Notes: generated from the sequence alone by a model not told the origin. A DNA stretch of 64,000 bases from IMGVR_UViG_3300043418_000114:186001-250000; one strand, 5' to 3'. Counted from the stretch's first letter, positions 35,137 to 43,590 are shown. Made by a program: numbers and translations.

Positions 35137-35808
35137 TTATCTCCAAAGTAAATCAAAGTTGCCAGCTAGTACTTTAGTAGCATTAGCAACTTTACCTGTT
35201 AAGTGATCTTGAACTTTATCATCTTGGAAACGATATGTGCGAATCTTGTCACCGCGCATGCCAGAACCAACCTGAGTCTTTCTATCACTAGCTATTTCGT
35301 TATTGTACATCATTTGGTTATTGCTGTCAACACGTTCTTGTATTGCACTCAATGCTTCGTTATAGCTATTCTCACGGCTACGACATTGAGCCGTTGCAAC
35401 TACGCCGCTTGGGATGTGCGTGATTCTGCAACTGTTTTGATGCTTGTTACGATGTTGACCACCTGCACCAGTGCCACTATACCATTCGATTCGTAAATCT
35501 TTTTGTTGTATAGTTGTTGTGATTTTAGCAGGATCGATAACGGCAACTGTCACTGTGCTTGTATGCACTCGACCTTTGCGTTCTGTTGGCGGTACACGTT
35601 GTATTCTGTGTCCACCTGGCTCGTTGTATAAGCCGGATAAATCAGTACCCTCTATCTCTAGATGGATCTCGCCTTGATGCTCATTTATCAGGCGGGTAGT
35701 TCAGCCGAGCTTGGAAGCCATGCGAATATAAGACTTCGCTAAATCTTTTACAAACAACTTACTGTCATCGCCACCTTCTGCGGCTCTAATCTCAATTACA
35801 CGTTTCAT
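35137..35808 (-). CDS. Class I release factor, RF1-type, lacking domain 1, with an in-frame UGA at codon 36
   Basis: AAGGAG SD; 'IEIRAAEGG', 'GGHRIQRVPPTE.KGRVHTST', GAGGQ and 'IRTY' all in one frame across TGA at 35701-35703. Confidence 0.85.
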
Positions 35809-36273
35809 GATATTCTCCTTTAATTGTGTTGAGTATTTATTATACACTATAAATCCGTATCTGGAAATAAGAATGGCCGGACACTTCCACCACAGAAGCC
35901 CCGGCCTTAGTTGTTTACACTGTCTCACGTTATAGTTTCTGGAAACTACTATTCGTCAACCTAGGGCTTTGTCCGTATCCTGAAATTGGATCGTGTAGTA
36001 GTCCCTATGCACTAAACTACGTTGTGGTTGTAGTCAATACCTCACACATCATAACGACTGTGTGACGCCGGGTTTTAGGTTTGATATGTCACTAAATGCT
36101 CAATCCTGAGAAAGATTTTACGGCATGCCAGCATTTTTTACTGTGAACAGAAGGTGTCTCGGATACTATTTTAAACTTCTTCATATCAAATTAGGGGTTG
36201 AATGATTAGGCTGACTCCTGGGCGTCCCCTGGCTTTATTTAAAGTGACTCACACTCACCTAATCAATCAGTAG

Positions 36274-37695
36274 TTACGACAAGTCGTAACGTGTCTTCAT
36301 CACTGTCTTCAACATGACGGCTTCTGGTGTGAAGTCTTCCAAGTCGTTAGACAATACAGAAGTTGCTAGTGCTGGGCTAAAGCCTGACACTAGTGCAGTA
36401 CCACTCTTATCGAATGACACTGGTGTGTTACCGTAACTTGCGTTCAAGTTCCAGAAGACAACTTTTGGAAGTGCGTAGCCTGCGGCTTCGTACTTACGTG
36501 CGATCATTTGCATCGCGGTGTCGTCATGCTTAACACATTGGTTAAATTGCATGTCTGAGAAGATAACAAGAGTTTCAGGCATTTCTGCTTGTGGAACACT
36601 GTTTTCTGTCGCAGTCTTCAGGATCTTTTCAAACGCCTTGTGAAGGTCTGTACTCATATCCCAGTTAGACTTGACCATTTGGTCAATCTTTTGGTTGATG
36701 TTACCCTTTAGGTGCATCAATTCTGGCTTGCTTGAGAAGGTCAAGAAGGTATCTTTGAACTTACCCTTGTTCTTATCAGCAAAGTACAAACCTAGGCTAA
36801 CAGCAACTTCCATGCAAGACAGGTTGCTCTTAGAGCCATGACCACCTGCTGGACAAGACATTGAACCAGAAACGTCAACCAGAGGAAGAACGTTTGCATC
36901 GCCAACGTAGTTAGGCATTGCTTCCCATTGCTTTTGGATCAAGTCAGTTTCAGTCTTGTTAAACTGCATCCAACCACCAATACGACCCTTCAGTACGTCA
37001 TATGGGAACACTGCGCCTGCGTTAACCTTAACACCAGCTTCGCCCTTAACGAGCTTAGTTACATATTCAGCGTATGTAGTACCATGACGGCCAAACGCTT
37101 TCTTGTAACGTGCATGTGCCACTGAAGGAACATGTGAGTAGTTGATGTTATCCCAATTTTGGGCACACATTTGTGTTTCAACAACATTAGTAAGGCCGAC
37201 TAGGCTCTTACGATATTGTTTAGGGGTCATTCCGAAGAATTGACGGATTTCACGTGCTACTTCACCTTTACGTGGAGTCCACTTAGCCGCAAGACCGTTA
37301 CCTGCACGTAGTGCATCGCCGAGCATAGTGTATGCCTTGGCCTTCACAGGCTGAGTCTTAAACACTAGCAAGTCGTCGTAACGACCCAATTCTGGAATCT
37401 TAGCCATCAAACGCATTGCGTCTTCTGGGTTAGTCTTTTCCAAGTGAACGAGGATGTCTCGGAAGACTTGACGTTCACCTGAACCACCACGTGCATCACG
37501 TGCCCATTGAGCGATACGCAATGCAAGATCAGAGTTCTCTACATAAGCCGCTGTGAAAGCCGGCACGATGTTTTTACCACGGCTTGCACCGATGTTGTAA
37601 AACAAATCAACACATGCGTTAGCACTTGATTTGCGAGCCTTCATACCATTGGTGGTACGAGTTGATTGATTCTTAACTGCTTCTGCGAATTGCAT
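36274..37695 (-). CDS. DUF2828-like TROVE/Ro-related protein with C-terminal vWA (MIDAS) domain
   Basis: 'ARD.RGG.GER', 'G.YDDL', 'AAKW.PR', DVSGS MIDAS, 'SDMQF', 'VFWNL', 'VSGFS'. Confidence 0.8.
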   Translation of the reverse strand: MQFAEAVKNQSTRTTNGMKARKSSANACVDLFYNIGASRGKNIVPAFTAAYVENSDLALRIAQWARDARGGSGERQVFRDILVHLEKTNPEDAMRLMAKIPELGRYDDLLVFKTQPVKAKAYTMLGDALRAGNGLAAKWTPRKGEVAREIRQFFGMTPKQYRKSLVGLTNVVETQMCAQNWDNINYSHVPSVAHARYKKAFGRHGTTYAEYVTKLVKGEAGVKVNAGAVFPYDVLKGRIGGWMQFNKTETDLIQKQWEAMPNYVGDANVLPLVDVSGSMSCPAGGHGSKSNLSCMEVAVSLGLYFADKNKGKFKDTFLTFSSKPELMHLKGNINQKIDQMVKSNWDMSTDLHKAFEKILKTATENSVPQAEMPETLVIFSDMQFNQCVKHDDTAMQMIARKYEAAGYALPKVVFWNLNASYGNTPVSFDKSGTALVSGFSPALATSVLSNDLEDFTPEAVMLKTVMKTRYDLS

Positions 37696-37722
37696 AGTAA
37701 CTCCTTTCTATGTGTGTTATGC

Positions 37723-37786
37723 AACAGGATGCGCTTTTAGTTTCATCTATGAATTGAAATTTTAAAGTTTGCTGAATGCATCCTAA
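37723..37786 (-). ncRNA. CAGCA-scaffold RNA copy 1
   Basis: TAGGATGC-ATT-CAGCA...hairpin...GCATCCTG; promoter at 37793-37821. Confidence 0.8.
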
Positions 37787-37792
37787 AACTTG

Positions 37793-37821
37793 ATTGTACT
37801 ACAGTAGTCATTGTATGTCAA
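37793..37821 (-). promoter_or_regulatory. sigma70 promoter for scaffold copy 1 and the TROVE-like gene
   Basis: TTGACA-N17-TACAAT. Confidence 0.7.
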
Positions 37822-37838
37822 CTGTAGTTCGAAAAATA

Positions 37839-37992
37839 AAACAGGATCGTTGTTGACTGCTTTTTGAATAGGGCCATCACTCCTATTGCGATAGATGCAT
37901 TTCAATAACTACCTTCAAAGTCCGTAGACTCCAGTAGTTACCATGCGATCCATCAGTTCCAATAAAGTAAATTATTGCTGTACCGATCCTAA
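37839..37992 (-). ncRNA. CAGCA-scaffold RNA copy 2 (multi-stem insert)
   Basis: TAGGATCG-GTA-CAGCA...CGATCCTG. Confidence 0.75.
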
Positions 37993-37997
37993 AAATA

Positions 37998-38250
37998 AAC
38001 GGGATGTTTGAACGTAGTTTATTTTATTGTCTGGTTGAGTCTAACTCACCTTTGCAGGACTTACGTTCCTCAACCATATCAACAATTCATGTTGACTATC
38101 TAGTAATTGAGTCTGCTACTAGCAACATAGAATGTCTTTCCATTCTGTCGTCTATTCCCTGAATGCTTAGTTGCCTAAGAGTATTGCTACTGTCTCCCGA
38201 CCACCTTCTATAGCTGATAGTTTGATTTTTAAATGCTGAACACATCCCAG
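37998..38250 (-). ncRNA. CAGCA-scaffold RNA copy 3 (about 250 nt)
   Basis: TGGGATGT-GTT-CAGCA...ACATCCCG. Confidence 0.7.
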
Positions 38251-38307
38251 TCATTCAATACAAGTATTGTATCATCAATACATGTGATTTTAAACTGTTT
38301 TGGGTAA

Positions 38308-39441
38308 CTATCGTAAATTAATTTTTACGTTAGGGTCTAATGTGATGCTAGACCAATTCTTGTTGAAATTGCCCCATATATCTTTCTCATTCTTGTAATC
38401 AGAAAGCAATGATAGCAATTGTGGATTGAATCGCTCAACTATCTTACGTTGAATAAGACCTGTTGTGGAATTCAGGGTGATATCCTCTACTGACATTCTA
38501 TGAATCGTTTGAGGGATTCGTATGTCTGCGAAAGGACTAAAAGTCATGTTGTTGTCAATGTGCCAATACTGATGATCATAAAAAATTGTTGAGTATAAAA
38601 ACTTCATCAACTGTTCTTGGTCGTAGTATTCTTCCATTGAATCTTTGTACTTGGCTACAACATTGGGACGCTTCAAAAACCAATAAAGATAATCAGTTTC
38701 TTTAGCTAGTTCGTCAATGTGTTTGCCTTGATAGTTTGCCAATGCGTTGATTGCTTCGCCGTCACGGTACTGATATGTCTCTGCATAGAAGCCAGTTGCA
38801 TACCAATTTAATTCCGTAAATGCACTTGATACATCATATCCCCAGTGTTTACTGGATACAAAGTCTACCAAGTCACTATCGTACTCTCTAACTCTGCCCA
38901 AAAACTTATGTAACGTATCGTCACCTTGTTTAGGCACATATGCTGTTAGAGTATAGTCTTTTGTGTAGCTGTCTAGTACAGCCCATGTTGTTAGGGTATC
39001 CAGTCCTGCTGAATACAACACATTCATGCGTTCAATATTATTGTACTTGTAGAAGTTTCGTGTGTTTTCTAACAATATATCGCCGATGATAATCGACGAC
39101 TCTTCCAATGACAGTAGGGTATCATTGGGAATTTTAGGTTCATTGTATGTAACAATGCCGTAGCCTTCAGTGGCTAGGTTTGTTTGTTCACCATTGCGTT
39201 CATATAATGGAAAACCTCTGAGAACTGGGTGATACACTTTTTCGTCATGTATCACGCACCATTTCCCAGCTGGCTGATAGCCATCAAGTATTTCTAGTAG
39301 CGTATCTGCTAGAGTACAATCTACGCTATAACCCTTATACCAGATGTTATCTTTTTGTTTCCAGCCGCCATCTAAAAACAGGCGATCTGAAACTTTGTTC
39401 ATCGCCTGTATTGGACAATTGGATCCGATGTAGAAAAACAT
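38308..39441 (-). CDS. Asparagine-synthase-like (PP-loop) protein
   Basis: 'VLYSAGLD' PP-loop-like motif and 'SPF.D'. Confidence 0.5.
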   Translation of the reverse strand: MFFYIGSNCPIQAMNKVSDRLFLDGGWKQKDNIWYKGYSVDCTLADTLLEILDGYQPAGKWCVIHDEKVYHPVLRGFPLYERNGEQTNLATEGYGIVTYNEPKIPNDTLLSLEESSIIIGDILLENTRNFYKYNNIERMNVLYSAGLDTLTTWAVLDSYTKDYTLTAYVPKQGDDTLHKFLGRVREYDSDLVDFVSSKHWGYDVSSAFTELNWYATGFYAETYQYRDGEAINALANYQGKHIDELAKETDYLYWFLKRPNVVAKYKDSMEEYYDQEQLMKFLYSTIFYDHQYWHIDNNMTFSPFADIRIPQTIHRMSVEDITLNSTTGLIQRKIVERFNPQLLSLLSDYKNEKDIWGNFNKNWSSITLDPNVKINLR

Positions 39442-39665
39442 TATCGCTTGTTGCCGATGCGCTTTAGATAATCACGGCCGACTAGGCCCTTTTCGATTTC
39501 TTGCAATGCAGTAACAAGATGGCCTGCTTTTGTTGCTAGTTTTGGTCGATGACCACGGGATAATTCACGAGTACGTTGACTTGCGATTAGAATCAAATCA
39601 TATCGATTGCCAACTGCATTAACTGCATCTTCGCTAGTATAGCGAACTCTACTTTCTGTCGTCAT
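39441..39665 (-). CDS. rpoZ: RNA polymerase omega subunit
   Basis: 'T.EDAV..VGNRYDLILIASQR.REL..G..P.......VTALQEI..G'. Confidence 0.88.
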   Translation of the reverse strand: MTTESRVRYTSEDAVNAVGNRYDLILIASQRTRELSRGHRPKLATKAGHLVTALQEIEKGLVGRDYLKRIGNKR

Positions 39666-39694
39666 TTTTTACCTTTTAAGGTTGTTAATAAACA

Positions 39695-39770
39695 TGGAGC
39701 GGGAAAAGGGGCTCGAACCCTCGACCTATACCTTGGCAAGGTATCGCTCTACCAACTGAGCTATTCCCGC
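39695..39770 (-). tRNA. tRNA-Gly(GCC)
   Basis: Cloverleaf; loop TTGCCAA; CCA. Confidence 0.92.
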
Positions 39771-39776
39771 ATGTTC

Positions 39777-39851
39777 TGGTACATCGACACGGTTTCGAAC
39801 CGCGGACCCTCTCCGTGTAAAGGAGACGCTCTACCCCTGAGCTATCGATGC
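39777..39851 (-). tRNA. tRNA-Val(TAC)
   Basis: Loop TTTACAC; CCA. Confidence 0.9.
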
Positions 39852-39862
39852 ATATATTCTAT

Positions 39863-40218
39863 TTAGCCACCCTGTTGGCTATCTTTAATTTCTGTTCCCC
39901 AGTCAATTTCCTTCTTGTCATCAGACATATCAGGTAATGGAGGTGGAACGTAACGTTCACGCTTTGGCTTTTCACCAAAGATTTTGTCCATGTTCTCACC
40001 GAATTCTGTAGGACTAATACTAAATGGACGAGGACGAGAACCCTTGCTCATTACTTAGATTCCTTACGTGAACCCTTCTGACGGGCATCGCTCTCTGCGA
40101 TTTGTGTAAAGCTACGCAAGAATGCGCCACGCTTGTGTGAATCTAGAATTGTTGCAGATGCTATCTTAACTAGCTTGCCTAGCTTCACTGCTTTTGGATC
40201 ATAACCTCTACATGTCAT
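39863..40218 (-). other. Two small hypothetical CDS (39863-40051; 40051-40218)
   Basis: SD sites; TAATG coupling. Confidence 0.55.
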
Positions 40219-40241
40219 ACTATTTTCCTTTTATGTTAAAT

Positions 40242-40319
40242 TGGTCTCGGTAGTAGGATTCGAACCTACGACCCTCTGCTCCCAAAGCAGATGCGCTAAC
40301 CAGACTGCGCTACACCGAG
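40242..40319 (-). tRNA. tRNA-Pro(TGG)
   Basis: Loop TTTGGGA; CCA. Confidence 0.92.
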
Positions 40320-40325
40320 ATTGTT

Positions 40326-40398
40326 TGGATGCGGGTGACAGATTCGAACTGCCGATGCTCCGAGCTTATGAGACTGGAGTGGTGACCACCCTACCCGC
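40326..40398 (-). tRNA. Atypical initiator-like tRNA-Met(CAT)
   Basis: C1:A72 mismatch; loop CTCATAA; shrunken D arm; CCA. Confidence 0.7.
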
Positions 40399-40410
40399 GT
40401 AAATCGTTTT

Positions 40411-40485
40411 TGGTGCGTGATAGAGGGATCGAACCTCTGACCTTCTCAATGTCACTGAGATATTCTACCGCTGAAATAATCACGC
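40411..40485 (-). tRNA. tRNA-Val(GAC)
   Basis: Loop GTGACAT; CCA. Confidence 0.85.
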
Positions 40486-40490
40486 ATTTT

Positions 40491-40610
40491 AACAGGTTCT
40501 CTTTTTTCGTGCTACCACTACACCAACGCGAAGACCAACTCGCGCCTGGGATTCGAACCCAGCCCCTCTTTTTTACAGAAAGATTATTAAGATTGCTGAA
40601 AAGAACCTAA
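40491..40610 (-). ncRNA. CAGCA-scaffold RNA copy 4, enclosing a circularly permuted tRNA-Tyr(GTA)-like domain
   Basis: TAGGTTCT-TTT-CAGCA, anticodon arm TCTTT-CTGTAAA-AAAGA, T arm, closed acceptor, D arm, AGAACCTG. Confidence 0.85.
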
Positions 40611-40620
40611 TGGTCAAACT

Positions 40621-40696
40621 TGGTGGAGGTGACAGGACTCGAACCCGCTACCTATTGCTTGCAAAGCAACCGCTCTCCCAGGTGAGCTACACCCCC
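40621..40696 (-). tRNA. tRNA-Ala(TGC)
   Basis: G3:U70; loop TTTGCAA; CCA. Confidence 0.92.
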
Positions 40697-40771
40697 GAAA
40701 TTTGTTACACACTACTTATCTCATTATACGCCATGTGTAAGGGCGAGGCTTCTAACTCTTTCGAGTTTTGT

Positions 40772-40848
40772 TGGTGCGGATGGTGGGACTCGAACCCACA
40801 AAATTTGGCTTCTAAGACCAACACGTATACCAATTCCATCACATCCGC
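40772..40848 (-). tRNA. tRNA-Leu(TAG), short variable loop
   Basis: Loop CTTAGAA; CCA. Confidence 0.88.
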
Positions 40849-40859
40849 GTAATTCTATT

Positions 40860-40937
40860 TATACTGAAACACACTAACCAAGTCTCCTAACCTGTATCAA
40901 CTGCCCCACTTGTGCAGTTATCAATGCGTTTTAGTAT
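40860..40937 (-). repeat. Long-stem element (family 2)
   Basis: TATACTAAAACGCATTG...TAGTGTGTTTCAGTATA. Confidence 0.65.
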
Positions 40938-41118
40938 AAAGGCTATCAGAGGCTTGCCATCGCCCTTAGGTTATACTGATATTACTCGTTGAAATATACC
41001 GAAGTATAGAGTTGGATTCAACAAGACCCTACTACTCACCTAAACTCATGTAGTCTGTAACGCATCATCATGAAGGGTCCAGCGACCTCTATCGTTACAG
41101 CATCTGGTTACATTCTTT

Positions 41119-41200
41119 CTATACTGAAACACACTGACTCTCCAGTATTTCTACTTTCGCCGAGTTTGACCGCGTAGTCGTGCAATGTGTTTTAGTATAG
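41119..41200 (-). repeat. Long-stem element (family 2)
   Basis: CTATACTAAAACACATTG...CAGTGTGTTTCAGTATAG. Confidence 0.65.
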
Positions 41201-42079
41201 TGGAGCACTGAGAATACATGCTTACCGAGTAACACCTCAGACATTATTACAATCCTTGCGAGACTGCTTTCTTCTGACTTCCACTGCAACCTCTTGCGAG
41301 TATCACAGTCTGTTACCAACATCGCCGTTTTAAGTCAGGCATTAGACTTGACGCTGTATGCTATTCTACGCTTTCTATCCCGTTGACCTTTAGAGCCATT
41401 CACTACCGCTAAGTAGTTACGAAACTTCCTGCATAAACAGATTTCACCTTGCGAGTTACGTCTGACTGGATTATCTTGCGACTCCAGTATTAGATGCTTT
41501 TCACATACAACCGAGACAGACTTTGCTTTTTTAATCGATAGAAGGGATCGAACCTTCAGCCGACTGCTTGAAAATGCAGTTGATCTACCATTGATCTATA
41601 TCAACCTACTGTGATGTGCTGTCTCAGTTGCTTCATAATCTTTTGGACTACAAAATACAACACGCCACGTACCTTTTGTCTCGCGGACTACTCAGTCGTC
41701 TTTCACGATTAATGTCGGGTCTCGGCTTTCGCGTACCTCCATCAACCATTCAAACTGCATTACAACTCTTAGATGCGACTCCTCGAATCATAACACTACC
41801 CTTTCTCATACCAATTAACTGGACTGGTTTTGTCGTGAGGTCAGCACCACCTGTTACTCTCTAATGACTTGCGTTACCCTCGATATTATCTCAGGCGCTT
41901 AAGCCACTAATTCTTTCCACAACTTCCAGCGTCATTGTTATCACCACCGGTCTTATCAGTGATGAAACCCTCGCGGGTTTGAGCAGGCTTGCTTAGATGA
42001 ACTATTTCTAGCGCGGGTCTGTAGGAGACTACCGCTTTGGGCCGATCACTCGGCTTATTCTAATGAGGCTAAGCCCCCA
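41201..42079 (-). ncRNA. GOLLD-like giant structured RNA with an embedded tRNA-Glu-like domain
   Basis: About 880 nt without a credible ORF; many GCAA/GNRA-capped stems; ends GCATGTATTCTCAGTGCTCCA; tRNA-cluster context; cloverleaf at 41533-41605. Confidence 0.65.
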
Positions 42080-42083
42080 TAAA

Positions 42084-42200
42084 TTCTTATACTCGCATAC
42101 ACTTGCAATATTGAAATTGCCTACCGGAAGGATATCTCACATCCAGCTGTGTCCGCTCACATCCGTATGGCCTATACGTTTATGTATGCGAGTATAAGAA
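42084..42200 (-). repeat. Long-stem element (family 2-like)
   Basis: 17-bp perfect stem TTCTTATACTCGCATAC / GTATGCGAGTATAAGAA. Confidence 0.6.
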
Positions 42201-42204
42201 CTAC

Positions 42205-42309
42205 TTTCTTAACATTGTTGAACATACTAGTGCATTTCCAAATTATGCTACTCCTCATCAGGGATGGAATCGAACCAACATCCCTAATACATTCAACAAT
42301 GCTAAGAAA
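42205..42309 (-). ncRNA. YrlA-topology tRNA-mimic RNA
   Basis: About 25-bp stem enclosing T loop TTCGATT, a short closed acceptor hairpin, then D arm TAGCATAATTTGGAAATGC. Confidence 0.6.
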
Positions 42310-42326
42310 ATTCTTAGCAATAATTT

Positions 42327-42394
42327 TTTAAAGAACATCACTGATTTCTCAGTGTCAATACAAGTATTGTATAAGGTTTTTAATTCACTGTCAA
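42327..42394 (-). promoter_or_regulatory. sigma70 promoter with boxB-like hairpin and boxA-like element
   Basis: TTGACA-N17-TACAAT; CACTGA-GAAA-TCAGTG; TGTTCTTTAAAA. Confidence 0.7.
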
Positions 42395-42424
42395 CAACTT
42401 TTTTAAGATTGTTAACCATTTTAT

Positions 42425-42500
42425 TGGAGCGGGAGGCGGGAGTCGAACCCGTCTATTTCAGTTTGGAAGACTAACGTGTAACCACAAACACTTCACCCGC
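42425..42500 (-). tRNA. tRNA-Gly(TCC)
   Basis: Loop CTTCCAA; U73; CCA. Confidence 0.88.
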
Positions 42501-42512
42501 ATAAATAACTTT

Positions 42513-42865
42513 ATGCATATCTATGACGCTATCACAAACTCTGGATTACACATCCACTTGTCCATGAGCGCCGATAATACATTTTACATTCTAGTATACG
42601 ACATTGATAACTTCATGTTAACTATGAAATTTTTCAACAATGTAGATACTGCAATGCAATTTATCCATTCACTATGAGTAGCCCAACAGATTACGAAATC
42701 TTATATAGATTAAACACTAGTCCATATGCAGAGACTAAGAGTTGGGTACTGCCTAATACATTCAAAGCAATGTTCTCAAATGAGAACTTACCTGAATTTG
42801 TTATTGATGAACTATTAAAGAAACAGACGTTTAAATTAGACGATCAGTTTCCTCAATACAAATAA
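42513..42865 (+). other. Two small coupled CDS (42513-42677, 42674-42865) antisense to the tRNA array
   Basis: ATAAATA upstream; ATGA overlap. Confidence 0.5.
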
Positions 42866-42867
42866 TC

Positions 42868-42943
42868 TGGCATCCCGGGAGGGATTTGAACCCCCAACTT
42901 ACGGTTTTGGAGACCGTTGCTCTGCCAATTGAACTACCGAGAT
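42868..42943 (-). tRNA. tRNA-Trp(CCA)
   Basis: Loop CTCCAAA; G73; CCA. Confidence 0.9.
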
Positions 42944-42949
42944 ATATAA

Positions 42950-43010
42950 AACAGGATGCTTATTTTTCAATTAAAAGTTGAATTATAAGATGTTGCTGGA
43001 CGCATCCTAA
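42950..43010 (-). ncRNA. CAGCA-scaffold RNA copy 5, with a bare Lys(TTT) anticodon stem-loop
   Basis: TAGGATGC-GTC-CAGCA...TTCAA-CTTTTAA-TTGAA...GCATCCTG. Confidence 0.85.
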
Positions 43011-43014
43011 AACT

Positions 43015-43104
43015 TGGCGGAAACGGTGAGATTCGAACTCACGGACCCTTTGAAAGATCGCCGGTTTTCAAGACCGGAGCCATAGACCACTCGACCACGT
43101 TTCC
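43015..43104 (-). tRNA. tRNA-Ser(TGA)
   Basis: Loop CTTGAAA; long V arm; G73; CCA. Confidence 0.92.
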
Positions 43105-43117
43105 ATTAAAATATTTA

Positions 43118-43202
43118 TACCATATGTAAACACACTAGCGTTTTTCACTAAACTACAACTTGACTGGACTTGACCAGTGACTCTATTGTGCTTGCATATG
43201 GT
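43118..43202 (-). repeat. Long-stem element (family 2)
   Basis: ACCATATGCAAGCACAATAG...CTAGTGTGTTTACATATGGT. Confidence 0.65.
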
Positions 43203-43315
43203 GACAGTTTAGTCCGATAACTGCCAAGAGTTGTGGTGATCCGGCACACCTTTTATGTATAAGTTGACTACAAGAGGCTTATACACTAGGGCCTTCACGT
43301 TGCCCTATTTTTTAA

Positions 43316-43442
43316 TACCATATAGAAACACACTGTCGTTTCTCTTTCCAGTCTAGACAACCTCGCTTACGAAGCACGATTATATCACAGGATTACGCAT
43401 CCTGCTCGTCACTGTACTCAAGCAATGTGTTTTTATATGGTA
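43316..43442 (-). repeat. Long-stem element (family 2)
   Basis: TACCATATAAAAACACATTG...CAGTGTGTTTCTATATGGTA; overlaps the CCA of tRNA-Lys. Confidence 0.65.
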
Positions 43443-43512
43443 GGGGCACAGGGAATCGAACCCTGATAGACCGGTTAAAAGCCGGATATTCTAGCCGTTG
43501 AATTATACCCCC
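43438..43512 (-). tRNA. tRNA-Lys(TTT)
   Basis: Loop CTTTTAA; CCA. Confidence 0.9.
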
Positions 43513-43515
43513 ATA

Positions 43516-43590
43516 TGGTCCCAGTGCTGAGATTCGAACTCAGTTCTCTCGGCTTAAGAGGCCGGACTTCACCTTCAAAGTTTCTCTGGG
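43516..43590 (-). tRNA. tRNA-Lys(CTT)
   Basis: Loop CTCTTAA; CCA; imperfect acceptor stem. Confidence 0.75.

Noticed and set aside
35701-35703. Genome-wide UGA reassignment
   Set aside because: Many genes end at TGA in ATGA overlaps, and no tRNA with a TCA anticodon was found.
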